A DNA stretch of 63,452 bases, filler included, from Reclinomonas americana ATCC 50394 (lineage: Eukaryota), in NCBI GenBank assembly GCA_048213135.1. It is 5 parts of 2 records of this genome, joined end to end, with 100 filler letters (N's around TTAATTAATTAA, not from the genome) between each part and the next. Parts side by side here need not be neighbours in the genome. Positions count along the whole stretch, not along the records: positions 42,668 to 53,268 come from PS015278.1; positions 53,369 to 60,126 come from PS015278.1; positions 60,227 to 63,452 come from PS015279.1; 2 more parts are not named here. One strand, written 5' to 3'. The number at the start of each line of letters is the position of its first letter. The stretch's first letter is position 1. The notes under the pieces are model-generated. The model saw only the letters and a program-made list of their open reading frames with translations. It ran no database searches and was not told where the DNA came from. Shown here one piece after another: positions 48,053 to 60,287 of the stretch. The position numbers and the translations under genes are program-made.

Positions 48053-48737
48053 AGGTAGGAGGCTGAGTGGAATGGTGGTGTTGTTGTTGTGACAGTGATT
48101 GTGAATGGCGTGTATGAGAGAGATGGGGATGGGGGTGGGGTGGATTGTTTCTTCAATATGGGGGCACGGACATGGCGAGCGCGTATGACATCGATTGCTG
48201 GTGATACCAACAAGCGAAAGCTGTGTTGTCGGCAGCGCTGGGGCTAGTTTTGGGTTTTTGCGTGTTCGTACTCGGAAGCTTTGAACGAGTCAAAGAACTG
48301 CAAGCGGCACCGCATATAGACGTTGCTAGGCAGTTGATTTGAGTTCGGCGTTTTCGATCGCCGAGGGCCGAAACAGGGAACTCCACCAAGAGAAGGCCGA
48401 TTTTGTTCGAAGCAATATCGACCCCATTCTCTGTATTCAGCTCTTCACAAGCCTGCTTTATCGAGAAGAATTCAAGGCCGACATGCTCCGTCCTCCTACA
48501 GTCTGGCCGTTGTGGTCGCGAATTCGAAGTGCAGCCGCATTTGAATTCGGTCGAATTCGATATCGACCCTATTTTCGAATTCTGTTAACATGTTGTCAGC
48601 GTGCTATGTCTTTGTTCTGAATCATGCAGAAGGGGCACACAAAGCACATGTGAATCACCCAACCGCACCGCTGTGTAGGATTAGTTGACCGAATCCATTT
48701 GGTCGACTTCCCTCCCGCCATTTTGGGGTTTGTTTTG

Positions 48738-48947
48738 ATGTCAGTCCGATACGAGCTGACCGTCGCCAATGTCGACTCGACCGACGCGACGATCCGTGGC
48801 AAGTTGAAGAACGCCGACGAGGTGTCCCCCGCTCGCCTGGAACTTGGGAAACTCAGTTGCGCCCATATGTGATTGCTCACACACAATCTTCCGACCTCTC
48901 ATCTCTCATCTCTCTCTTTACACACACACACACACACAGCGGCCAGC
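48738..48947 (+). CDS. First exon(s) of a gene running into a gap; possibly the N-terminus of the adjacent USP
   Basis: ATG 48738 MSVRYELTVANVDSTDATIRGKLKNADEVSPARLELGKL, donor A|GTTGCG at 48856, acceptor ...CACACAG just before the N-gap. Confidence 0.5.
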
Positions 48948-48980
48948 NNNNNNNNNNNNNNNNNNNNNNNNNNNNNNNNN

Positions 48981-50729
48981 ACAACCACGGAACACCTGAG
49001 AGACACACGTTAGGTGCTGAACTTGCATATTACCGACACTACTTCGCGTTGCCACTTGCCTGCGAAACGGGATTTGTCGCGGGTGGCTTCACCACCGCGG
49101 CCAACTCGCTCTCCATCAAATCCAACACAGCGACCAGAAACTCGTGCGCATCCTGTGCGCGAAGATGAGTGCACACGCATCCACCACAACCACACGCGAG
49201 AGGCAAGCGCGCAACGCAACATGCTGATGAGTCGCAAAATACGGCAGCGACACGGCGACGGCCTTGCGCAATCGAGTGGCATCCGACGAGGCATTGCTCA
49301 TCAGTGACTGGATCGATGTGGAGGACGACGAGTAGGAGGACGATGATGATGATGATGATGTTGGATTCGGTGACGCCAGGGGCGATCGCAGCGGGCACAG
49401 GGCAGAGGCCACACGGAAAAACGACTGACACACCGAGTCTGACGGCAACTTTTCCACCAGCTCTCGGTTCTCCGACAGCACCTCCAGAATCGGGCTGGAG
49501 CGACACAGGCTCTGTACCACCACGTTGACAAAGCACATGGTGGCCGACATGTTCGACAGGCCGCCACCGAGGCTATAGGATCCAAACCGACTGCTGCTGC
49601 CGCTGCTGCTCATGCTGCTGCTGCTGCTGCTGCTGCAAGCGCCAAAGAACCCCGACGAACTGGCGAGGCGGCTTGCCAGCAACGACTTCGGCATCGCCGA
49701 CACATACGTGTCTGAGTCGGCATTGACGCGCGATGAAGTCCACTCGCTGACGGACGGCTGCCGATTGCTCACCGTCCGCGCGAACTCTTTGGGTGGTGGC
49801 GTTTGTGTGGCGAGGGCGCTGCGGTGGTGCGCGATAAGATAAAGGACATGTGCGTGTATGTGAGCAGGTGTGAGACGCAACGCCATTGCGTGGCCGCGTT
49901 TCAGGCGTGATCCAAAAGTTCTGTGAGTGGGTGGGCGGTGTGAGTCAAGCAACAGGGAAAGGTGACTGGAGCAAAACGCACGCGAGTGGCTTGCTGGCAG
50001 TGCTGCTTCTGCTCGGTGATGAGAGAGGTGAGCGCAAGCAAGAGAGGGAAGCGAGAACAGGCTGCTTACGCACTTGACCGGCACAATCGGGGCGCTGCTG
50101 CTGCTCGCAGATGACGAGAGTGAGCGAACAAGTCCCGCCTCGCTGACGTGAGCGACGGTGGAAACACACGCAACGGTTTTATCTTGGGGAGCGCCGGTGC
50201 AGTCATCCTCAGCTCATTCTCGTACGCGTCCGTAAAGTCATACGGATCCTTGCGGCTGCCGGTCGTCGTCGCCGATGGTGGTGGCGATCGCTTCATCCTC
50301 GTCGCTGTTGAACATGTGTGTGTGTCACGACAACGATTCACATCCCTCACACTCCACGCTCACGTACCACTCTCTCCTCCGCCAGCCGCGTCACGCTTTT
50401 GCACGCAGGGCGCATCTCGAATGGTCTCCGGATCGCCGTCAATGATGTTCTCAATCGTCGCCACAAACCTGTTGGCCCGCACCGCATCCGACACCGACAC
50501 CAGCGACGCCTCCACGGTCGCCGGTTCCGCATCAGCGGAGCTGCGACCAGGGCCCAGATGCACACGAATCGTGTGATACCCCGACGACTGATTGATCACC
50601 TCGGCGCTCGCCAGCGGTCGCCTCTACACAACAAACTGATTGTGTGAGCGGGGAGAGAGAGAGAGAGAGAGAGAGAGTATCGACCCCTGACAGGTTGATT
50701 CCGTTCCACCACAACAGCACGCTCTGACT
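48981..50729 (-). CDS. Ubiquitin-specific protease (peptidase C19), partial, copy A
   Basis: Cys box GGGLSNMSATMCFVNVVVQSL and QH|DAHEFLVAVLD; the His box is not in the window. Confidence 0.85.
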
Positions 50730-51587
50730 NNNNNNNNNNNNNNNNNNNNNNNNNNNNNNNNNNNNNNNNNNNNNNNNNNNNNNNNNNNNNNNNNNNNNNN
50801 NNNNNNNNNNNNNNNNNNNNNNNNNNNNNNNNNNNNNNNNNNNNNNNNNNNNNNNNNNNNNNNNNNNNNNNNNNNNNNNNNNNNNNNNNNNNNNNNNNNN
50901 NNNNNNNNNNNNNNNNNNNNNNNNNNNNNNNNNNNNNNNNNNNNNNNNNNNNNNNNNNNNNNNNNNNNNNNNNNNNNNNNNNNNNNNNNNNNNNNNNNNN
51001 NNNNNNNNNNNNNNNNNNNNNNNNNNNNNNNNNNNNNNNNNNNNNNNNNNNNNNNNNNNNNNNNNNNNNNNNNNNNNNNNNNNNNNNNNNNNNNNNNNNN
51101 NNNNNNNNNNNNNNNNNNNNNNNNNNNNNNNNNNNNNNNNNNNNNNNNNNNNNNNNNNNNNNNNNNNNNNNNNNNNNNNNNNNNNNNNNNNNNNNNNNNN
51201 NNNNNNNNNNNNNNNNNNNNNNNNNNNNNNNNNNNNNNNNNNNNNNNNNNNNNNNNNNNNNNNNNNNNNNNNNNNNNNNNNNNNNNNNNNNNNNNNNNNN
51301 NNNNNNNNNNNNNNNNNNNNNNNNNNNNNNNNNNNNNNNNNNNNNNNNNNNNNNNNNNNNNNNNNNNNNNNNNNNNNNNNNNNNNNNNNNNNNNNNNNNN
51401 NNNNNNNNNNNNNNNNNNNNNNNNNNNNNNNNNNNNNNNNNNNNNNNNNNNNNNNNNNNNNNNNNNNNNNNNNNNNNNNNNNNNNNNNNNNNNNNNNNNN
51501 NNNNNNNNNNNNNNNNNNNNNNNNNNNNNNNNNNNNNNNNNNNNNNNNNNNNNNNNNNNNNNNNNNNNNNNNNNNNNNNNNNNNNNN

Positions 51588-53268
51588 GCAACCACGGAAC
51601 ACCTGGAGACACACGTGAGGTGCTGAACTTGCATACTGCCGACACTACTTCGCGCTGCCACTTGCCTGCGAAACGGGATTTGTCGCGGGTGGCTTCACCA
51701 CCGTGGCCAACTCGCTTTCCATCAAATCCAACACAGCGACCAGAAACTCGTGCGCATCCTGTGCGCGAAGATGAGTGCACACGCATCCACCACAACCACA
51801 CGCGAGAGGCAAGCGCGCAACGCAACATGCTGATGCGTCGCAAAATACGGCAGCGACACGGCGACGGCCTTGCGCAATCGAGTGGCATCCGACGAGGCAT
51901 TGCTCATCAGTGACTGGATCGATGTGGAGGACGACGAGTAGGAGGGCGATGACGATGATGATGTTGGATTCGGTGACGCCAGGGGCGATCGCAGCGGGCA
52001 CAGGGCAGAGGCCACACGGAAAAACGACTGACACACCGAGTCCGACGGCAACTTCTCCACCAGCTCTCGGTTCTCCGTCAGCACCTCCAGAATCGGGCTG
52101 GAGCGACACAGGCTCTGCACCACCACGTTGACAAAGCACATGGTGGCCGACATGTTCGACAGGCCGCCACCGAGGCTGTAGGATCCAAACCGACTGCTGC
52201 TGCTGCTGCTGCCCATGCTGCTGCTGCTCATGCTGCTGCAAGCGCCAAAGAACCCCGACGAACTGGCGAGGCGGCTTGCCAACAACGACTTCGGCATCGC
52301 CGACACATACGTGTCCGAGTCGGCATTGACGCGCGATGAAGTCCACTCGCTGACGGACGGCTGTCGGTTGCTCACTGTCCGCGCGAACTCTTTGGGTGGT
52401 GGCGTTTGTGTGGCGAGGGCGCTGCGGTGGTGCGCGATAAAGGATAAAGAACATGTGCGTGTATGTGAGCAGGTGTGAGACGCAACGCCATTGCGTGGCC
52501 GCGTTTCAGGCGTGATCCAAAAGTTCTGTGAGTAAGTGGGCGGTGTGAGTCAAGCAACAGGGAAAGGTGACTGGAGCAAAACGCACGCGAGTGGCTTGCT
52601 GGCAGTGCTGCTTCTGCTCGGTGATGAGAGGGGTGAGCGCAAGCAAGAGAGGGAAGCGAGAACAGGCTGCTTACGCACTTGACCGGCACAATCGGGGCGC
52701 TGCTGCTGCTCACAGATGACGAGAGTGAGCGAACAAGTCCCGCCTCGCTGACGTGAGCGACGGTGGAAACACACGCAACGGTTTTATCTTGGGGAGCGCC
52801 GGCGCAGTCATCCTCAGCTCATTCTCGTACGCGTCCGTAAAGTCGTACGGATCCTTGCGGCTGCCGGTCGTCGTCGCCGATGGTGGTGGCGATCGCTTCA
52901 TCCTCGTCGCTGTTGAACATGTGTGTGTGTGTGTGTGTCACGACAACGACTCACATCTCTCACACTCCACGCTCACGTACCACTGTCTCCTCCGCCAGCC
53001 GCCTCACGCTTTTGCACGCAGGGCGCATCTCGAATGGTCTCCGGATCGCCGTCAATGATGTTTTCAATCGTCGCCACAAACCTGTTGGCCCGCACCGCAT
53101 CCGACACCGACACCAACGACGCCTCCACGGTCGCCGGTTCCGCATCAGCGGAGCCGCGACCAGGGCCCAGATGCACACGAATCGTGTGATACCCCGACGA
53201 CTGATGGATCACCTCGGCGCTCACCAGCGGTCGCCTCTACACAACAAACTGATCGAGTGAGTGTCGTG
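51588..53268 (-). CDS. Ubiquitin-specific protease (peptidase C19), partial, copy B
   Basis: Near-identical to 48981-50650, including introns; same Cys box and QHDAHEF. Confidence 0.85.
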
Positions 53269-53377
53269 NNNNNNNNNNNNNNNNNNNNNNNNNNNNNNNN
53301 NNNNNNNNNNNNTTAATTAATTAANNNNNNNNNNNNNNNNNNNNNNNNNNNNNNNNNNNNNNNNNNNNGCGGCGGCT

Positions 53378-56300
53378 ATGAACAACCCAGCAGGTGCAGC
53401 AGGCGCGCCCGGTGCTGAGTCGCCTGAGGATGTACTGTTCTTGTCGACAGCGCTGGAGCGGCTCGCCGACGATGACTATGTCAGTGAGCGGTACGATCGC
53501 TTTGCGGCGTTGCTGGGGGAGCCACCGCGTGCGGCGCTGCGGAAGCTCTTGGAGGCCGTCAAGAGAGAGCGCGAAAAGGGCGACTTGACTGCGGGGTTTC
53601 GGTGGGTGCTCGTGTGGAGCGTGTGAGCGGGCGTGAGAAAGAGTGGCAGTGAGAGTGACACAGTGAGCGAGTGTGAGTGTGAGTGTGTGTGTGAGTGTGT
53701 TTGGCGCCATCACCAACATCCCGCGCAACTGCTTGTGTTGTCTCTTGTCCGCGCTCCGTTGCTCTCTGCGTGTCATCGCCTTGTGGTGTGTCTGAACATG
53801 GCGTATGTGCGTTTGGATGGGGGAGAGTGGGGCGCGGGGTGATAGAGCATCGACATTTCCCCCCACGCTCACACGCACGCTGACAACTTCGCGTGGTGCA
53901 GACCCGAGTCGGAGCGTGATCGCCTCAAGAAGCTGGACCGGCTCACGCGGGAGCTTCGGTCGCTGGTCGTGTCGGAGAGCTTCCAGTACGGCGAGTTGTT
54001 TGAGCGTCGCTTCTTGATTTTGGCCAAGATGCACCGATCGCTGCAGAAGCAGAAGCAGTTGAACGAAGTTGAGCTCCCTGCCCGTCGCCTTTTCTCCTCC
54101 CCCTTCTCCTGTCTCCCATTGTGCTCATGCATCCGTTGCAGGAGCGCCACCGTGTGTTCTCGTCGCTCAAGGAGGTGGAGGCGCGATTGTCGGGTGCTGC
54201 GGCCGCCGGCCAGCAGCGCATGCACCAGGTGGTGGAGACGTCGATCCTCGGTGGCATTCGCCTCATTCTGGCGCTGTTCCGATCGCTGGGTCGCGTCGAC
54301 AAGGAGTTGTCGTGGGAATTGCTGCGCTTCCTGCGTGATCAGCTCGGCTCACTCGATCGCTTGAGCCTGGCCAAGGTCCACTCTCACTCTCCCACCTGCT
54401 CGCTCTGTGTTGTTGTTGTTGTGGGTAAGCTCACTGTGTCTATACTATGCTACAGAATGCTGGCCTCCCTGCTCCACATCTGTGCAAGGTGGGACTCGAC
54501 AGCATTCGCGATTTTCTGCTCAGCATCAGTCGCGACGCTCCGTCGTCACCGTTGCGTCCGTGGCGTTCAGGTTTACTATCTGACTGGTTCGTCAGCCTCT
54601 TCAATTGACTGCTGGGTCTTCTCCAATACACAGTGAGGGTCTGGAGGCGCTGAGTCTGCTGACTGGCCTGGCGCTGAATCGAGCCTCGGTGAAGGAGATT
54701 CTGAGCATTGTGGTGCTGCTGCTGCGTGGCCTCGAGGGGAATGTGGCGGATTCGGTCAACGAGTTGTTGGTGGCCAACTTTTTGGAGCGCTTCGCGCCCC
54801 TTCGTTGCGAGTTGCAACTGTGTGGCTTTGGCGAAACTTCTCGTGTCGGTTCGTCGTGCGGCGAATGCACACGCACTCAGTCTCACGTACACAGGCACTG
54901 ACGTAGTGGTCATTGCGCGCAGCGTCGGTGGCATGGCCGTCGGTGCCGAGTCTGGACGGTCAGAGTGTGTACAGCATTGCGTGCGATGGCGAGTATCTGT
55001 ACGTGCACGGCACGTTTGGATTGCTGAAACTAGGCTCCGGACTGCACGGTACCACGGCCGGTGGCGTCATCCACCATCTGCCGGGCTTCATGCCCGCCTC
55101 GAGGAGTTCACTGGGCGTTCTCGGACAGCACCTGTTGGTGCGCTCGGTCGAAGTCGCACCGGCGGCTTTGGTCGTTCTCAGCCTGGACTCGTTGCAGGTG
55201 GGAGAACAAACAAACAGAGAGGAGATGGGTTGACGTAGCTTCTCACACTGCTGTCGTCGTCGTCATCGTCGTCGTCGAGCAGGAAGTGGGTCGGGTGATG
55301 CAGAATGGCTCGGGATCGTATGCGACCGACGACAACTCGGCATTCCCACTGTCTGCACTGACAGCACCTGCCGATGGCTCGGCAGTGCATTTCACGCCCG
55401 TTTGCACCGATGGAAAGCGCGTGTTCCAGATCGTGCGCAGCGACCAAGCCGTATTTGTGCACGAGTACGACGGCGAGCGATTGCGCCACAGGAAGCGCAT
55501 TCAACTGCGTGGTCGACGCAAGAGTTGAGTCGCCAAATATGGCTTGCGTACTGGGCACACCGTCTGACGCCCTTTCCTCTCTCTCGCTCTCTCTCAGTCA
55601 ATGCCAGCGAGGCGGAGCGCTCGTGCATTCATCTTGGTCCGGGGAACTTTGTGACGTTGCGCAACCCACCGGCACTGAATTTTGAGGGCCGTGTGACCAT
55701 TGAGGCGTGGGTGATGCTCGACGAGTTGGTGTCGACCAGCATGTGCAACATTGTGGCGCACGGCAATCCAGTGGCGCCCTACCCGCAGGTGTTCCTTCGT
55801 GTCAACAAGGGTCGTTTTGAGGCCGGCAGCTGCCAGGAGCGTTGCTTTGGTGCTGCTGTGCGCATCCAGCCGCGCGACATTGGTCGCTGGGTGCATCTGG
55901 CGGCCGTGTATGATGGTGCCAATTGGCACATTCACAAGAACGGCGATCGTGCCGCGTCGTCCGGCTGCCACCACGGCGCCGTGACCATTCATGATGCCGA
56001 TTGGGTGAGTGCCGCACTCCTCGCCATGCTCCGTCCGACTCTTTCTCTTTGTGTGACGTCACCTCCCTCGTAGTGCATTGGAGCCACGAGCGACGGTGCT
56101 TCTCGCTACTTCCCCGGCTGCATCGATGAAGTGCGCATCTGGTCGTGTGCTCGCAAGTCCAACGACCTGAAGCACTACATGCGTCGCACTCTGCGTGGCG
56201 ACGAGACGCACCTGCAGGCCTATTTCGGCCTCAATGAGGGCTCGGGACGCACTGTGTTTGACCTGTCGCCCAACGGATTGACGGGATCGTTTGTCGGCAA

Positions 56301-59300
56301 CCCCAAGTGGCGTCGAGGCGGCGCTCCGATTGAGCTCGGCGATGCTGCATCGGGTGCGTGATCAAGTCTTTTTTTCGTCTTTCTCGTGAGTTACGCGTGC
56401 TCACTTCTGTGCGGATAAGCAGAGATCAAGTACTTTGAGCCTCGCATCCGCCCACCCACCGACAACTACTCGTGGTACACCAATGGCCAGTTCATCGGCG
56501 TGGTGCTGTCGCCGGAGGACTCGGCGTCGCTGTTGGGCGCCGATGGCAAGCCGCATGAGCGCGTGTGCCAGGTGTATTCGCTGGCCGACGGCGCGCTCAC
56601 GCGTGAGTGCATTGTCGAGTTGCCGACTGCCAACCCAGGTGGGTGATGTATGTGGAGCGATGCTGCCGGGGTGTATCTATTCTGACAATGTGTTGGTGCA
56701 GTGCTGGCCTTCGACCTGTGGAACAATGTGCTGTGGAGCGTCGTCAACTCGGAGAATGCCATTGTCAGCTGGCAGAATCTCGGCTTTGCGCCGTTTGAGG
56801 ATGTGCCTGACATTGACAGTGAGCAGTTCCCACTCAAGGCGGAGACCATTGTCAGCTCACCGTTCTTCAAGGTGCGGGTTGGGAGTATTGCTGCGCTGGT
56901 ACGCGGGAGCCTGTACTAATGTTTTGGTGCGCTTCTGTTTCCTAGGGTCATCGTCGTGCCGTGGAGCACTACTCCGTGGAGAAGGTAGTGGTGTGGGCAC
57001 TGGCTGCCATGGATCTGTCGATTGGACGCATCGATGCAGCCACGGACAAGGAGCTGTTTGTGCCGTACATTGTGGAGATCGACGAGCACACGTTCCCGCA
57101 GATTTTCCAGGTGCTGGTGCAGCTGCAACGCTTGTACGTCAGCGACAGCGGCGAGTCGCGGCGCGACAAGCTGGTGCACGTGTACGCGCTGCTGGTGGTG
57201 CTGAAGGTGCTGCGAGCCAACCTCAAGCAGCTCGTGCGCATCAACATCAATCCCATTGATTGCGGACTGGGCGCGGAGAGCGAACCTACGGCGCTGCGCA
57301 AGAAATACCTCGACGTGTTGTTGGTGCTGGTCGACGAGCAGCCGAAGCATCCGCTTGCCGTCACCGCCCAGGCGGCAATTCAGGCCGAGGTGTGCAACGT
57401 CCTCACCGAGGGCCTCAACGTGTTTGTGCCCTCCATCAATCAGCAGGCAGAGGTCAGTCTGTCTCTGGGTACACACCGCGTTGGTGACGTCGCTGCTGAC
57501 TTCTATTGTCTCCACCATCCCCAGCTGCTCACCAGCTCAATGGAGAGTCCCGACGCTTTCACAGGCTCGCGCAAGACCCTGTTGGACGCGCTCATGCGCA
57601 AGTTCTCGGAGGTGTCTGCGGCCTTTGAGCTGATGAGCCACAGCACTCCCGCCACGATTCTCGGCAGCGCAGCGGCGGCCGACAGTGGCCACGGCGATGT
57701 GTCATTCCGCGTGCAACTGCTGAGTGCCGTGGTCCGTGTCGTTCGCAAGGAGGAGAAGCACGTGCTGGCGTTGGTGCGCGAGGGCGATCCGATTCCGCCC
57801 ATGACGGCCATATTGCTGCTGTCCAACCTGGTCAAGGCGTTTTTGAGTGATCTGTGCATGGACTATGTGGAACGCGACGCGCCGCGCGCATCACAGGCGG
57901 GACCCAACCTGAAGGACATGCGTGACTTTGCGGTGATGTGGCTGGCCGAGAGCAAGGAGGCGTTCCAGGTTTGTGTAATCGGCGGCTCTGTGTGCTGTGC
58001 ATAGTTGATGTCACCTCTAACTCGTGTGTGACAGAGTGTGGCGGAGATTGCCGAGGGTGTGCAAATGACCGAGATGCTCTCCGAGGCCATCAAGAGCGGC
58101 ACCATTCTGGCGCTCTTCCCGGCCGTTGTCGCCTCCCTGTGCCAGTTTGTGCGCATTCCGTCACTGGCGGCCGCACTGGTGGTGCCAGTGGTCGACCTGC
58201 TGACCTGCCTGGACTCGATCAACACGAACATCCCGGAGCTGCTGCAGGCCGATCGTGAGGTGCTCAAGCTCGCCGACCGTGGTGTCCCGGCGCTGCAGGA
58301 GGAGGTCGTGGAATCGAAGCACCCGTTGCGTTGTCGATTCAATCCTTTTGTAGCCAGAGAGCAGTGCACTCATTCCGTGAGTCAGGTATCCGAGCAATGT
58401 CGAAGAGTGCTTTGTGGTCTCATTTGCCGGCTGCAAGTACCTGTCGTTGATGTTCGACTCGCAGTGCTGCATGGAGCAAGAGTTCCGCTCCATGTGTGAT
58501 GCATGTTGACGGTCTCGCGTTTTTAACTCACGCGCATGGTGTGCAGTTCGGATGTGTTGGAAATCTACGCCGGCTCCAACAGGAGCAGCTCGTTGGTCGG
58601 GCGTTACACTGGCAAGGGTGCGTTGGCGTGACCGCTGCAAAGTGCTGTTGCTCACGAGTGTGTGTCTCACTCGCTGTTCCTGTACGCCGGCAGGCAACTA
58701 TCCCAAGGACCAAGTGCGCGTGGAGACCGATTCCCTTCTCTTCTACTTCAAGAGCGACTTTGCAAGCAACAAGCGCGACTTTGGTTACAAGATCACAGTT
58801 CGTGCCACCTACGAGCATCATCAGCTGTCGATTCCGTGGCTGCTGGATGCCGAAAAGTCTCTTGCGTACCTCGTGGGCAAGGTATGTCATTATTTCCCCT
58901 CTCTGTCGGCTTCGCGAAGCTCATTTTCGCCTCTTTGTGTGACAAATAGATTTGCTTGGTGCTGCTGAGTGGATACCCGACAGATGAGCGAGAGGACGCC
59001 ATGCGCGTGTGGCTTCAGTCGGAGCTGTTGTGTGAGGGTCTGGAGCAGCGATTCTGCAGCGACGACGAAATTGCCGACTTTTTGCCGCTGCTCGACGTGC
59101 ACTCCATGCGCGACTCGGGCACCGACCAGACGTCGTACCACTTCCTGCAGTCGGTGGTCAGCAACACCGACAACGGTCGCAAGTTCATCACACTGCTGCA
59201 GGAGACGGTGCCGTTGGAGGACGACTTGCGCCGTCTCGGGTGGAACGATCGTGAGTTTGTTGTCCCTCTTCCTCACTTGTCTTCGTATATCTTATACACA

Positions 59301-60126
59301 CGCACTCGCAGCGCACGTGAATCAAGCTGTGCGAGCGGTGGTGGCCGTGCTCATCAAGCACAATTGCTGCCTGGAGGAGGCGACCGTGTATGCGTCGTCC
59401 GACGGGCATCGCGACCCACCGGAGGTACTGGAGCGCATTTGGCGCACGGCCAACCGATTGCGTCGCATGATCTGGCAGCGCCGTCATCTGCTCATCAACA
59501 CACTCGACGATGCCGGCGACTCCTCATCGTCGTCGGCAGTCGCGGCTGCCGCTTACGAGAATCTGTGTGCGCCCATTGTGGCCAAGTGCGAGTTTATGTT
59601 GAAACTCGCACAGACGCCCTCCGGCCCCTCGTTCACGCCGGCCACGCCAAGCGGCGGTCACTCGTCGAATCCGTTCGTGCTGCAGCAGCCGAACTCGGCA
59701 CCGGCCACACCGAGTCCGTCGCGCATGACTCGCACGCCGGGCAGTGCCGCGCGCAGCCCGCGCAACACCATGAACACGACACCCGAGTTGCGTTCTCCAA
59801 CACATTATTCTGCTCAGGCTTTTGGATGTGATTGTACTGACTGGTGACGGCAGGCACAAGAACTTGATCTCCTGGTCGACTCTTCGGCGGTGGCGTCATG
59901 TTGTACTCGGTGGCAGCGCGCTGGTGCAGCACGACGACGATGATCGCTTCTCCGTGCTCTGGCGCATCATCCACCAGATGTTGGACGACGACAAGCCGCT
60001 GACCGACGAGTTGACTCTGTTCCTCAATCGGCGTCGTGTGCGTGCCAGTGCTCGTGCCGTGTCGTATCGCACGATTGGCACGCTGGCCCGCAATCTCGGC
60101 ATGCATTCGATCCGGCACGATCTGCT
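53378..60126 (+). CDS. Giant HECTD4/MYCBP2-like protein, N-terminal part, with LamG/concanavalin-like and CUB-like (ESxHPY) domains; truncated by linker
   Basis: SIACDGEYLYVHGTFGLLKLGSGLHGT resembles the segment shared by HECTD4 and MYCBP2; LamG motifs TIEAWV, WVHLAAVYDG, FPGCIDEVRIWS, YFGLNEGSG; VESKHP|YPSN...FYFKSD. No catalytic domain is visible. Confidence 0.7.
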
Positions 60127-60226
60127 NNNNNNNNNNNNNNNNNNNNNNNNNNNNNNNNNNNNNNNNNNNNTTAATTAATTAANNNNNNNNNNNNNNNNNN
60201 NNNNNNNNNNNNNNNNNNNNNNNNNN

Positions 60227-60256
60227 TTGCAGTTGAGGCGGCGGAGCCTGTGCCAT

Positions 60257-60287
<31 letters not shown>

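Noticed and set aside
48172-48620. TGA-interrupted reading frame or short ORF (possible selenoprotein or pseudogene)
   Set aside because: No recognisable family, SECIS or splice structure; cannot be supported.
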